DNA of 62,955 nt, the filler included, from Choristocarpus tenellus KU-1152 (Eukaryota > Protista > Phaeophyceae): assembly GCA_964200185.2 (NCBI GenBank). It is 7 parts of 7 records of this genome, joined end to end, with 100 filler letters (N's around TTAATTAATTAA, not from the genome) between each part and the next. Parts side by side here need not be neighbours in the genome. Positions count along the whole stretch, not along the records: positions 1 to 12,042 come from CAXNAD020002014.1; positions 12,143 to 22,887 come from CAXNAD020002742.1; 5 more parts are not named here. The stretch is one strand, 5' to 3'. The notes below the pieces were generated by a model. It had not been told where the DNA came from. It did no database searches and worked only from the letters and a program-made list of their open reading frames with translations. The position numbers and the translations under genes are program-made. The number at the start of each line of letters is the position of its first letter. The first letter of the stretch is position 1. Shown here one piece after another: positions 1 to 12,592 of this stretch.

Positions 1-359
1 CTCTCCTGCCCATCTTTCTTGTAGTCTGAGGGGGGAGGGGGGCAGGGGGGGCGGGGGGCGGGTAGAAGTGCACTTGCAATTGCACTTCAAAAGTTTTGAA
101 AACAATATAAGTGCAGATTTCTTTGTTTTTGAAAATTTGGCTCTTCACTTCTGTAATTGCGTTTTTGTACTATTGATGGTATCTGCTGCAATAGTTGAAA
201 GCATTAATTCGGCATTTTTGCTGTGATGTAAATTGAAACAGGGTGACCCTATAGCAGCCAGTAGTAATACAAAGTGGTTCTTGATCTCAAGGTTGCGTAA
301 TGAATGGCCTATTGGGTCATATTTTAAACAAGATGAAATCGAGACCGTTTCAACAGACT

Positions 360-930
360 CCGGTCAATCCTCCATCGCCCTCTCTTGACAAAATGAGTTC
401 AACAAGTGGCTGTGATAGCATTCAACAGTAATTTTTTTTTATCAATACTCTGCCAGTCTTGCTCTGAATTTTCCACTTACTGCCCCTACCGTATGATAAC
501 CTCAATGGATCAGGCTTGTATGGTTCTTGTTTGGTGTCAATGGGGCTAATGGAAGTATGGCTATGGTGGACAGTTGCAAGGAACACAGGCGGCAAGCCCA
601 ACAGCGTCCCTATGAAGGGCGGCAAACAACTGGGGACAGAGGCAGCAGATGTGCTGCGACAGGAGTGAGGAAGTGGGATGGGTGTTGTTCCACTTTGTGT
701 AAGGTGTAGATCCTGGGAGAGTCTCGCATGAGTCCCATCAAGATTTTGGGGGAAGGGGAGGTGATGTGAATAGATACAATTTGCACTGAATAGAACACGG
801 TTGTTAGCGCTCTTTGGGGACATGGGCTGGTAGAAATGTGAAAAAGCTCCTTGGTGTGATACACATGGTGCCACTTTGGTGCTAGCGAAGTGTGTGTTAG
901 ATACATAGATATTCATTGTGTCATTGCAAA
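360..930 (+). pseudogene. Degenerate piggyBac-like DDE transposase C-terminal fragment
   Basis: Frame-shifted pieces read EFNK..GCD (cf. YN..MGGVD), QWIRLVWFLFGVNGANG (cf. W..RLF.FL.D....NA) and a Cys/His-rich tail GC*R..GRNVKK/WCDTHGATL resembling the piggyBac C-terminal zinc finger. Motif recognition by eye only. Confidence 0.35.
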
Positions 931-3105
931 GAAAATGGACTTGGAAACACTATCCTGGCCAATTTTGTTTTCCTTTTTTTGTTTCCATTTAGAGAGTGTG
1001 TTCATGTTTATCAAAGAGACCTTCCTTTAAGTTATTTTGATTTTGTAATTTCGGTGAAGCACCTTGCCTCTTAATTTATCAAGTGCACACAGACATGCAT
1101 TGGCAGTGGTGGAGTTGTACTTCTCTTGGCTAAGTGATAGTCAAAGCCAGGAGTTTTATTTTGTGCAAATTCTACGAACAGTTGAAGGTGTCAGCGCTGC
1201 CTGAAATTTTCACTGTGGGATGCAGTCCCTGGTTAGTCAAGTCTACCCACAACAATAATGTTGACATTATTGTGACGACAACTTTAGATTGGTACTTGCC
1301 CACAGGGTGCTTCCAGGGGTGACTAGTCTTGTTGGAGAGTTACGACCACTTGTCATGTGTTTTTGATGCAGCTGACAATGGTTTGAAGGACTGTGACAAA
1401 CTGAAATGGGGCTCTATTGGAACATAGTTCCACAAAGCTCTTAGTACTACCGGAAGTGCATGTTCCCCACAGCCAGGTCGTTTCATCAAATTGGGATGCG
1501 CCCTGCAAAGAGAGAACAGCTCAATGTTAATGTACGACAAAAGCACATCTATTAGTGCTACAGCGAGGGGCGATCCTTCCTTGGATTGACGGGTAATAGC
1601 TCTTTGGTACCTCCTCCGTCCAGCGTTTATAACTGCTTCCTGTATTGCGCTTCTTCAGTTGAGGAGCTCATCTAACCCAACCATCCCTATCCAACTCTTG
1701 CAAATTGATAATAAGTAGATTGATGTGATGTATCATTATTAGAATAGCTTCACCTACTACCTGGTGATATTGTGTGTTTTTCAGAGTTTAGAGCGGAAAT
1801 ACTTACGGGGTAGACTGAATCAAAGTTTTGGTTACTCTTATTATGTACTTGTGAGTTTTAAAATTAAATATGCGTGTGACAGGGTGAACAAGCAGAGATT
1901 ATCAAAATTATCCTGTAGAGAGATGTTCTACAGCAGTCAAGAAAAGTTTATCGTCTATATCTATCATTTACCCTGTTAGCAACTATTATGTAGCAATACT
2001 TCTATCAATGGTTTCATTTAACACACAGAAGAGGAGAATGGAAGGGCAGGGGTTAGGGTTAGTAGGTAGTAGGTGTTGTGCAGGGAGAGTAGTCAAAAAA
2101 TATTTATAGTGTTGCAGTCACTGTTTTGGTCATGTTGTACATGAAATTAACAGTATCGTTGTTGTTCGAATCAGTAGTAGTAGTAGTAGTAGTAGTGTGG
2201 GTATGCGTAGGTAGGTGGCGTGTTTTATGTTCGAAATAAATTGGTCATCTTCCTACTACGTTGTGTTTTTGGGTTTCCATTTGTGATCTGGACCACTTAC
2301 TTGCTGCAACCATCACTCTTGTTGCAACAACTAAGTAGCTGCTATTTGTTCCTCAATCGACTATTTTTGGAATGAGGACTAGTCACTACTGGTGTTTGGA
2401 GATTGGTTGACGATTTGAGGGGAGCATGAACCATGCTCCTTACTATGAACTGTGTTTGCTTGTGCCAAGTGCCACACTTACTTGTGCTGCCCAAGAAATA
2501 CCCATGTTTGTTGATCGGACTTTTGATATAGTTATCGCTTCTCCGTCCAAGATTTGAGAGGAATGTTTCGCCACATACATAGTGTATTTGAGTCGTGTTG
2601 CTGCATATTTTACCCACCAAGAACATACGACGATGTGACTGGCATTGCAACCCAAGGAGTGCCCAAAGAGAAGAAGCCAATGAACTACTACCAGGAAGTG
2701 TGATATGAAAGGTACAACCACGGACTCTAGTTTGTGTGTTGGCCCATTCAATTACCACTTGTTGTACTACTGCTACTACTTCTACTGGAGATCACCTCTA
2801 CCTAAACTCTCCGCTTTTACATACGAAGTCCCTGTCCTGAACAATTCATCAGAGGATTGGTTGGTGTGTAAAACAAATAGGGCCATTCTAGTAGTAGTAG
2901 TACTTTCTGCTATATTCTTCTTATTAGTAAGAAGAAAAAATATTATTTGTTATGCTTGCATGTCTCTTCTACAACGTAATGTCTGGCGTTGTGCAGTGTC
3001 TTTGTCGCAATGTAAGTCGCCAAAGCACCACACACACATACACTAGGGATGGTAATTCCTTGTTTTGAAGGAAGTGGGCAGTGCTTGGCACTTCAGGTGG
3101 CCTAT

Positions 3106-3195
3106 TAACGGTACAGTGTACATAAATAGTAGTGCTAGTGCGTTTATACGTAACGGTACAGTGTACATAAATAGTAGTGCTAGTGCGTTTATACG
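3106..3195. repeat. Perfect tandem duplication of a 45-bp unit
   Basis: taacggtacagtgtacataaatagtagtgctagtgcgtttatacg occurs twice back to back. Confidence 0.9.
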
Positions 3196-5546
3196 CGGTA
3201 CGAATTAATACAATTACTGAGAAGGGTTGTTCTGGTTAACGACAATAATAACAGTTGAAATGCAATCGTTTGGAACAACCATCTTCAAAAATGGGAGCAT
3301 AATAAAGGCAAAACACCAAGATTTCAAGAAATGATAATGTGCTTTTTTCTGTCTTTGTTGCCATGTTCCATTCAGTCTTCCTATTATTACAACGGTACTA
3401 TATGTGGTCTATCAAAGTGAGACGACTATGTATATACTCATGTATATTATATAGTAACAGCCTTTGGTAGATGAAAAAATCAGGAACTAGGAAGAATTTC
3501 TTTAGTTGATACACAAGTGTACTTCCATTGTTCTTGAAACGTGGCCCCCAACGTGTCCTCCATAGTCTCATACTTCATAAATGATGTGCATCTAAATAGC
3601 TCTCATTGCTGAGAGTTCCAACAGCTACAAAAACAGTCTGAACCATCCTACTATCTTTGAGGAGGTTGGTAGACCTTTTGAATATTTTGTTGGGGGTCTT
3701 TCACTTATCTCTCATACTCCGGAGTACACCATTCCAATGCCTTACAAGCAGCCAACCCCTGTGAGGAGGCTGTGGCTGACTATAGAAAAGAAGACTAGCA
3801 TTCATCCACAAAAGCAGTAAATCTACTGCCCTTGAAGAGTGCTATTAGCAATGTATCAGAAGAGAAGCACAAAGGCCCAAAATACGCAATAAACCCCCTG
3901 TAAGATACCATAGCTCGCTGGGGTATGGCAGTGCACATTTCTTTATTGATACGGACATAAAATATTCTTGAAAATGGTGCAGGTAAGCAAGAAAAGCTCG
4001 TCATACCTAGAGGTTCAAAGATTTCAATGAAGTACCATACAAAACAGGCAAAGAGGCTAGAGTCCCATACAATCATCGCAGATTGCTATTGTGCAACAAT
4101 TATACTACAAGAGATAACCCTAGCATTATCTTGAGAAGAAGCTAACAACAACAGAGATATCCTACCTATTGACCATTGACGTACTTGATTGCCTAAGGTC
4201 TTACCAAGCAACATTATCGTGAATGTAACCATCCAATCCACAGCCCTTTTAATACAGTGCCGCTTACTATGACATTTATTTCTCCTCTAGTGACTCTGTT
4301 TCCTTAACCGATGTATGTATTGCTTGAAGGCACAAGAAATTCTACAAGACAACACCTGCAAGTAGTAGTAGAATTATACACGTATGCATTCACCAACAAC
4401 AAGCAGCCAAAGGGGCATCAAATCATCAAGGATACACTTGCATATTCTCAACTCTAGCACTCATAAAAACAATCCTTGGGTTCTTTCTGGGCAACCAATC
4501 CAGCCTTCGCATCAGATTACCCTCACAATACCCTAGTTCAGCAGGAGGGGCTCAGCATTTTACATCATCAGGCAGCAGGGGAGAGAGCCATGCCTTTGGG
4601 CCACATACTCATCATTTAAACGTGGCCAGGGGCATGGCACCAAGAACATGGGACGAGAATATCGCTTTGTACAACTTGCTATCGGAATAGCAGACAACTA
4701 CCAACGTAGACAAAACACTTTGCTTTGGCAAAGAAGTCCACCTGCCACCACACGAAATGCTACTCCAGCGGCAAGAACAGCCAGCAAACTGTGTCCTAAT
4801 CAACTGATAAAAATCACCGTAAGAGTGTAAAAGGTCCAGTGGTGTAGGACAACAACGGGTTCAGAGTACACAGTCCAGCATGAAGATGGAATTGCTAACA
4901 ACTACACTCACCTCGCCCCCAAACAAAGACCTTGTGTGAATCATAGACGCACTGCACACTGGCAGGAATAGGCAATTAAAAAAAAGGATCGTCACACAAT
5001 AAAAACCATTGCTGACTTGAACGACTTCGCTGTCAGTGTATTGCAATAGCATCCGCAATATATTGCAGGCGTCACTTGAAGGATACCAACGGCACCCATC
5101 CGAACAAACAGGATAGAATTGTATAGTGAATTGGCTTGTGGTTTAGAGATCTGAAAGAAGTTGAAATACATACTACACAATATATTTGTAATCCAACACC
5201 AACGCCACATATTTCAGCTGAGCATGCAAGTATGCAAAATCAGAAGCACCCTGTTCTTGTCTGGACTAGACAGAAAGTTTAAGATCCAGTAGATTCCACC
5301 TGCCTCAAAAGTGGGCTTGTCCAGACTACAGCACTAGGAGAACTAACAAGTAGCAAAATGAACGCAGCCTATACTACTTCCTTTCCAATCTCGCCCCTTC
5401 CCACCACCTTGTTCTGTTCCTCTTCATGAGTACTGCAACCTATCTGTCACAAAAATGTGTAGCAGACCTCCAAACACAACATACCCCCTCCCCCTCGCCA
5501 GCATCTCAGGGACAGAGATGTAAGCTGTGCCCTTCCTGGTCCTATT

Positions 5547-8500
5547 TTAAGGCCCATACGGCAAATTGTCCCCTGAAACATACTCCCGTGATACCTGATT
5601 CACCCAGAGTAATACATCAGGATATTCGGAGCATGTACGGGGGGAGATGAGAGGGAGGTTGTGAGGGTTAGGGGTAGTCAGAGTACAACAGGCTGGAAAA
5701 TAAATACAGACCTAGCGTATAAACATGCCCTATGGTATAGTAGCACAAGGTATGTGTGTTGTGTATTGTGTACAGAGAACAGGGAACCATGACAAACACG
5801 AAAGATGAACTATGAGGGGGCAAGGAACAAAAGGAAACATTAAAAACCAATACAATAAGTCTGAACACACCATTCAGCCAATACCAGCTCTCACATGCAA
5901 CTTATTAAAACCCCGCATTCTTGGAGACACTGAACAACAAGAAAAGAATTAAGGATATCGATAGGTCTTGCTTCTCCTCAGATTAAGCAACCTCGATTCA
6001 TTGCCACAAACATCACAATCTTCCCCTCACCATTGCTACACCTCTACGTACCTGTGCATAAAAACGAGTTACATGACCGCATCTACACCACATCACACTG
6101 CACTGCACACCCACACTCACCCTCCCTCCCTCCTACCAGTTCCCATTGGACTTACAAGTTCAAACGCTGGCGGTGGTGCCTCCATGGAAAACAAGCAACT
6201 TCAACTTCAACTTCAACCATGCACCGATATAGTATTGCAACACTTGCTGTAACTGCCATGCAGCCATGTTCGTTCAAAGAGGAAAAAAAAAAAAAATCCA
6301 AAAAACTTCTTCATCACATTCCTCGCAGTATTGATAACAAAAACACAAAACCAAGCACGTGGCAGCAATGTCATGGTCACACCGTAGGCTATCCATCACA
6401 CAATAAATTTCCAATCCCCTTTCCCTTTGGCCGCCACCCAGAAATTTTCATTAATAAAATCATCGATGTGTTTGCACAACACAACACAACACAACACAAC
6501 ACAACACAACACAATCACCCTCCCACTCACCCCGTTCTTTTCGATGGACAAGATCCGAATCACACCCCCAGAGCTGCCATCCCTTGCCATTGCAAGTGAG
6601 ACTGCCTCCTTCACGAACTGTGTCGCCTCTTCCTTGGTCATCCCCTCCTTGTAGGTTGCATCCACATACCCATAGCTAAAAAAAATACAAAAAACAGATT
6701 CAAACGGCAACGGTTGTGAACAAAGGATGAGCTTCTCATCAAAGTGTTTGTCCCATCACATGATTCTAAACCCACACCCCTCCCCTCTACACTCAGATCT
6801 GGGGTAGGTAAAGGAAAGGTAACACTGCTTATCCTCTATACTATGAAAAGAGATTTCTAGGCTCACACTTCAAACTCACAATGCAAAAAAACAAACAAGC
6901 CGGGTAAACAATGGACGAACTTTTTCTTGAGACAATACAGACTCAAGGGTGGAAAGGGAGTTTTTCTGTTTCTCCATTTTGCATTATTTGATGGGATTCT
7001 TTTTTTGTGTTTCACTCTCTCTTCTCTATTTTGAACCCTTGACTCTCAGACAGAGCTAACGCAAACCCAGGTAAAACACATCTAACCGGGCTGGGTGGTA
7101 AGTGTCTGAAAAGTGGGAGAGACAAAGCACATTTGCTTGGATCTCAGTGAATTCCAGAAAGTGATGACATAAGAACAGGTGTAAGGCTGCGTTATAGTGC
7201 TGTGCTGCAATATCAGGTAGACAAAAGGCTACGCTGTTTACTGACACCTAGGGATGACTCAAAGAAAACGAGACGTATGCAGAGTTGCATTTCAAGGATG
7301 CTGATAAAATTCGAAAAACTCCGCTTTTTTCTACATGTATAGGATATTCTCTGAATTGTTCCAGAAAGGTCTCCAACAGCAGAGAGACAAACACTCTCAA
7401 GTCAAACTTAAAACTGCATCCATAGAAATGTGGATGAATTGCAGAAGATGAAAAAACAGACCTAAAATGCAAAACGGCCAAAACACGAGTACAACTCATT
7501 TACTTTGGCTCCATCATGGTTTCACAGACCACATACCTCCGATGGTAGACCATGATTTCCATAGTGACCACGAGCAACTTTTGATAGAGACAGCACAGAT
7601 GAAGGCGCACTTACAGGGCAAACCATGTGAATATACAAATAAGAATACTTGGAGACTCTAGCAAAGTAGTCTCAATGCCAACAGCCTTCAATGTTCATAG
7701 CAATAACGCAAGAAGAGATACTGAACTCTACTCAGGACTTACTACAGAATGTCTGTACAAATTGAGACTTCCGACACTGCCTTGCTTACAGACTGAAGCA
7801 TTGCCTGGTTTGTTGCAGACTTAGGCATTGGAGAATTGTTCAATATACTGACTTATTCCACTAACTATGCATTGAGGTTCAAAATTTTTACTTAGCTATG
7901 ATTGTTGTATGTTTCATAACCATGCCTATGGAAATTGAAGCACAAAAGTTGAGTTTTTGAAGGTTGAGGATGGGGCTCTAATATGTAGTCACATGAAACA
8001 TTGGTGTTTTGGGTGGTACTGTGCCGTGGCAGTGAGCCACAAAGGGTTGGTACTGTGGGTCACTCAGGGAGGGAAAGGAGTATCTGCCCAGGATGGCAGA
8101 CGGCATGGGGTTACTTCCACACTCCAGACCACAAGGAGTACAATTTTCACACCACTCCATAGTAGCCACATCGCTCTATCTTTCAATACAGGTATCAAGT
8201 CAATTTCATTTCGAGTCAACTTTGTACCCTCTCTTGTCCAAAAACAGGAGGTACAACGTTTTCTTTCTATTGCTCAATATTGAATCCTTCAAGTCAAAAT
8301 TTCAACATGCATAGTACAGCAACAGTGAAAAATGATGATAAATACACTGATCTACATATTAATACGATAGGACTGATATTGCTTAACTCCACCCCACATC
8401 CAGCTAGTTACATTGGAGCATGATACAAAAAAAGAAATTACACGAATTGTTCCATGTTCTCACCCAACAACTTTCTTCTCCCCACCATACCATACCTATC

Positions 8501-10024
8501 AAACATCATTAATCACCCACATACCCTCTCCTCGACTCCTTCACACACCTTTCTACAACTCCCATTCTCCACAAGTCTCACATGTATGAGGAGCCTGAGC
8601 CTCCAATTGCAAAATTCTGCTTCACCAGTGACCCACCAATCGATATCAGGTACACCGAACCTCCCTCAACAGGGTCCCAGCCTCCAACAATCATACCCGC
8701 AAGAAGAGCATCTTTGTTCTTGTAGCAAAGCCCTCGTACCAGATTTGCAGCCGTCTTCACCGTTGGGAGTCGTCCAAGCTCCGTGCTTCATGAGACAGCA
8801 CAGTGAATTATATACATTATGTCGAGAACTAGGTATGCAAGTTATATATGAGCTCCAGAATGTAGGAGTGCTGTAGCAAATGGAACTACAATAACCGCAA
8901 CAAGTTAACTATATCAGGGATGGTGTGGGAGCATGGGAGTACTTGAAGTCTCCCTGCAGCTTGAGAAATCAAGGCGAAATTGTGGAGGTTCAAGGGCAAA
9001 GAGGTCTGCCGTAACTGGAATGTTGCAAAATCCACTAAGATTTACGATAGATATACACCATCTGCTGTGCAATGTACTGCAATCTGTGGCATTGTTAGAT
9101 ACTAGGTACGCTTGTGCGCTACCCGAATGCAAAGATCTTTGAAAGGGGATTACTGTGCGCATTTTTGTATGTATGTGAAGATGTAAGAAGAGGTAGGATG
9201 GTTGTTTTACCCTTCTCTGGAAGCTGAGATGGGGTGCAAGGATATAGGCAATGAGCTTTATGTGGGAAAAAGTATTTGTATCTCCACGTATTTCATCGTA
9301 GTCATGGTCGATATTTTTACCACACTACAGTCATGCAGAATCAACACTCAACTTGAAATCTATTTCATTCGCATCCAAATCTACTCACCCGTGGGAGGCC
9401 AGGAAATACCGCACATAGTCCGAGACTGCCTGCGCGTCCGACGCCGAACCTGAACGGCAGCAATAAATGTTGTCGTGGAGTGCAGTGATCTTGTTGGCGG
9501 TCCGATTCACGACGTATGTTCCAGTGGAAACTCGAGAGTCAGCCCCCATGACCACCCCCCCTTCGTATTGGCAGGCCATGACGGTGGTCTATGAAACCAA
9601 TCAAATGATAGAGGAGACACGAGAATGGAACGAGAAGGATGAGAGGGACACGGTCAATTGTGTGCGGCTTTGGGCAATGGGTAAGCTTGTTCGCCATATT
9701 GACCACTACGTCACACCTTTACATGGAAACATTGAAGAGATATTGTTTTATTGGTGGGCCTCCTGCGCGCCCACTAGGTGAAGTGAAACATTTCGAGTTG
9801 GTTGCGCTCTTGTGTCTATGTTTAGGTGAGTCAAACTTCTACACCAATTTTGGTTGCCGGCTGCAGGTCAATACGCGTCAACGTTCAACCACCCCAAATG
9901 CCTTTGTGTTTTTCAATCATATACTGATGACACTGCAACAGCTAGAACCTTGCGTACAACTCACCCCACTTGAGACCTCTCCTTCTCGGAGTCCATGGTA
10001 CCCCTGGTACATGTGGGGATCCAT
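5547..10024 (-). CDS. PSMB6: 20S proteasome catalytic subunit beta1 (beta type-6), complete, 5 exons
   Basis: Exons 10024-9965, 9588-9389, 8785-8582, 6675-6531, 5594-5547, all GT-AG and phase-consistent. Protein MDPH..GEVSSG|[65 protein letters not shown], with the Gly-Thr1 autocleavage site. Confidence 0.96.
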
Positions 10025-10337
10025 ACTGGACTGGCTTTCGGTATACAACAGCTAGATCCTTTCTACCTGCAGTTTCTGAATCCTACTGTGAAGACCCAAC
10101 TTGCAGAGGCCTAGATGCTATTCGTTTCCCTTGTCTACTCTGTTGCACAAGTCGAAAGACAGATAGAGGTGAGTGCTTCTGTGGAAAGACCAAGTTACAC
10201 ACATCCTCCAACCCTAACCCTTAATCTGAAATCGGTATAATGAGAACCTCTATACCGTGTTTCCCTTCAGATTTTGAGTAAGACTTCTACACCAACAACT
10301 TTCTCCATACACTGGTTGGTTTGGACTTCCAGCAACC

Positions 10338-11741
10338 ATGGCGAAGCATCACCCAGATCTGGTCATGTGCCGCAAGCAGCCTGGTATTGGTGAGATGATA
10401 AGAAATGGGCCTAGGTGTTGGTTAATTGGGTAAGGTGACGGATACAACAAGAGGGCTATTTTTTTTGGATATGGGTCAATAGTCATCATCTCTCTGTGCA
10501 TTACACTCACTGAGATTAAGGTGGTAGTTGTTTTACAGCTTGGCTAGCGTATGTTCTTCTGTCGAAGCTCCAACTCTAATCCCATTATTCTGTTTTGCAT
10601 GATTCTGACCATTCGAGGATAAGCTTATTGCGTGCAACTGGTCCTTTGGTAGGGTTTGACACGAGGACTTCCTTACCACCGTTAGCGCCTTCTTGATGTG
10701 TACAACTGGAAATCTTTCTTAAGCTCCCCATTCTTGTTCTGTGCTATTCCTCGCCATCATCTCCTTACTTGCGCGCATATCTCCATATCCTGCGACGCTC
10801 TTTGCAGCGATTGGTCGGCTCTGCGAAAAATGTGAGTGGGTATACAGACTCGTACCTGGGGTCCGCGATTGGATTGATGATCATATCCTTGTTTATTTTG
10901 TAGCAGCTTGTTGGGAGATGTATAAAGCTTGATGGTTGAGATGCCGTTACTCTCGGTCGTGTAACTTTGCACAGCATCAACGAACCTAAGAGCATGATCA
11001 ACGTTTTTCCTTTCTGTCCATGGGAACCAAGGCTGTTGCGACGACAGCTCAATCCCAGAGGGTATAGCCAGGGGTTATCCCATATGTCAAGAGCAGGTCC
11101 TCCACAGAGTTTGGCCTACGGGAGTTCTCAATTGTTATCTGGTTTGAATAAAGGGGGGCAACCTCCGAATTCACTCTCCTGCAAACTTTTGCAGAGATGC
11201 CTGCAGCAACAACCTTGTACATTTCCACTCAGGAAGGAGATCAGGACGTTACTTATCCTATTACATGCTAAACCACGCCACCTTACCCTTCACCCTGATG
11301 TGACTATCGTTCCTTTAGCTCGAGGGCTGTACACTTCACCCTTGTCTGCCTCTCGTCCTTTCGCCTGAGGTGCTGCCTGCCGGGCTACATCTGATACCTT
11401 GGCCTGCCGGGCAGTGGCCCAATCGAGGGAAGGAGCTCAAAACATGAGAGAAGGGGGTAGCATGTCAAATAAGAACCTAGTGTAAACAAGCTATACTGTG
11501 ATGTTCATCTGTTGTCCACCACCCTCAATGTTACCTGCCACTTGAACTGGGCAGTCCTGAGATTACTTCTAAGGCCTGAGGTTTAAACGTCCTGTTCACA
11601 CTTGTATTTCGACTGTGATGGTTATTTGCCTTCTGTCATGATTGCTTCGCAGGTGATGGCAAGTGCGTAATCTGCGACTCCTATGTTCGGCCTGCTACCC
11701 TAGTACGCATCTGTGATGAGTGCAACTATGGGTCGTACGAG
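10338..11741 (+). CDS. PHF5A: PHD finger-like splicing factor PHF5A/Rds3 (SF3b), 5' part, truncated by contig end
   Basis: Exons 10338-10389, 10808-10831 (24 nt), 11653-11741 give [55 protein letters not shown], nearly invariant PHF5A. Confidence 0.96.
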
Positions 11742-11971
11742 GTATCTATGATGAAATACAACGCAAGCATGACCGATAACCTGACAGTGCACAGTCTGAA
11801 GCTGTGTTTGTATTTGCTCTTCCCCTCATTATAACTCTTGTTTTCAGGGGGAAAAATGGTGGGAGAGTGAATGTGACTGCTAGCTAGAAAGATCAAACCC
11901 TTGATCTGTTAAATTTAAAAATCAACTTTTTGGTATGTGTCATGTGCGTTTTGCTACTCCTCCAGGCCACT

Positions 11972-11985
11972 GGGTCAAAGTATCT

Positions 11986-12021
<36 letters not shown>

Positions 12022-12042
12022 GGTTGTGGGGGAGAATTTTTT
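11972..12042. mobile_element. Poly-G MITE (family B) terminus at contig end
   Basis: GGGTCAAAGTATCT followed by a long G tract, then the gap. Confidence 0.7.
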
Positions 12043-12142
12043 NNNNNNNNNNNNNNNNNNNNNNNNNNNNNNNNNNNNNNNNNNNNTTAATTAATTAANN
12101 NNNNNNNNNNNNNNNNNNNNNNNNNNNNNNNNNNNNNNNNNN
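12043..12142. other. Artificial contig spacer (N44-TTAATTAATTAA-N44)
   Basis: 100-bp N block containing a six-frame-stop palindrome; identical at six places. Confidence 0.97.
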
Positions 12143-12592
12143 CTGGATAGCACTGCGGTTGTCACAGAACCAGGGAATCTGATCCTGCAGTACGCCGATC
12201 TCCCCCAGAATGCCTCGAAGGAAAATGCAGTGGCGCATACTATATGCCATTATTCAAACCTATTACTCGAAGTGTAAGAAAACAAGTCATTGATAATTAA
12301 GCAACTTAGTGAATACTTTCGTCTACATGATACTGGTTAACAAACACATAATAAAGCTATAGACTACCTACCATACCAGCCTATATTGCACACTCCCCCA
12401 TGAGCGTGCAGTAAAGTTGCTGACAAAAGCTCACCCCCAACGTGAAAGCACGGAATGCACAAAATCAGAAGCAAGGCTCTTGCGCAATGACTTGATCAAG
12501 ATGTCGGCCAGTTGTTTTGATGTTGGAAAATATTGTACGTGGAATAGACCCTGGTTCATGTATTCTCTTACGCACTTGAACTTCATGTTCAT
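12143..12592 (-). mobile_element. Ty1/copia 3' fragments (RNase H, PPT, partial LTR) in reverse orientation
   Basis: Minus ORF ..FHVQYFPTSKQLADILIKSL (copia RNase H ADILTK motif); reverse complement of the PPT and LTR start seen at about 16597-16730. Confidence 0.85.

Noticed and set aside
4612-5058. Possible Ulp1-type peptidase remnant (FLPVC..IFMLD..PKQ)
   Set aside because: Catalytic His-Trp and Asp-Cys-Gly are not recognisable; too degraded to call.
7160-8377. Intronic C/D-box pairs (TGATGA..CTGA) in the proteasome intron
   Set aside because: No convincing terminal stems and no recognisable rRNA antisense element.
9651-9697. [13 protein letters not shown].. as first exon of proteasome beta1
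   Set aside because: Does not supply the Gly before Thr1; exon 10024-9965 does and has a strong donor.
12087-12098. Recurrent palindrome TTAATTAATTAA as a biological motif
   Set aside because: Always centred in a 100-bp N block; it is an artificial six-frame-stop linker.
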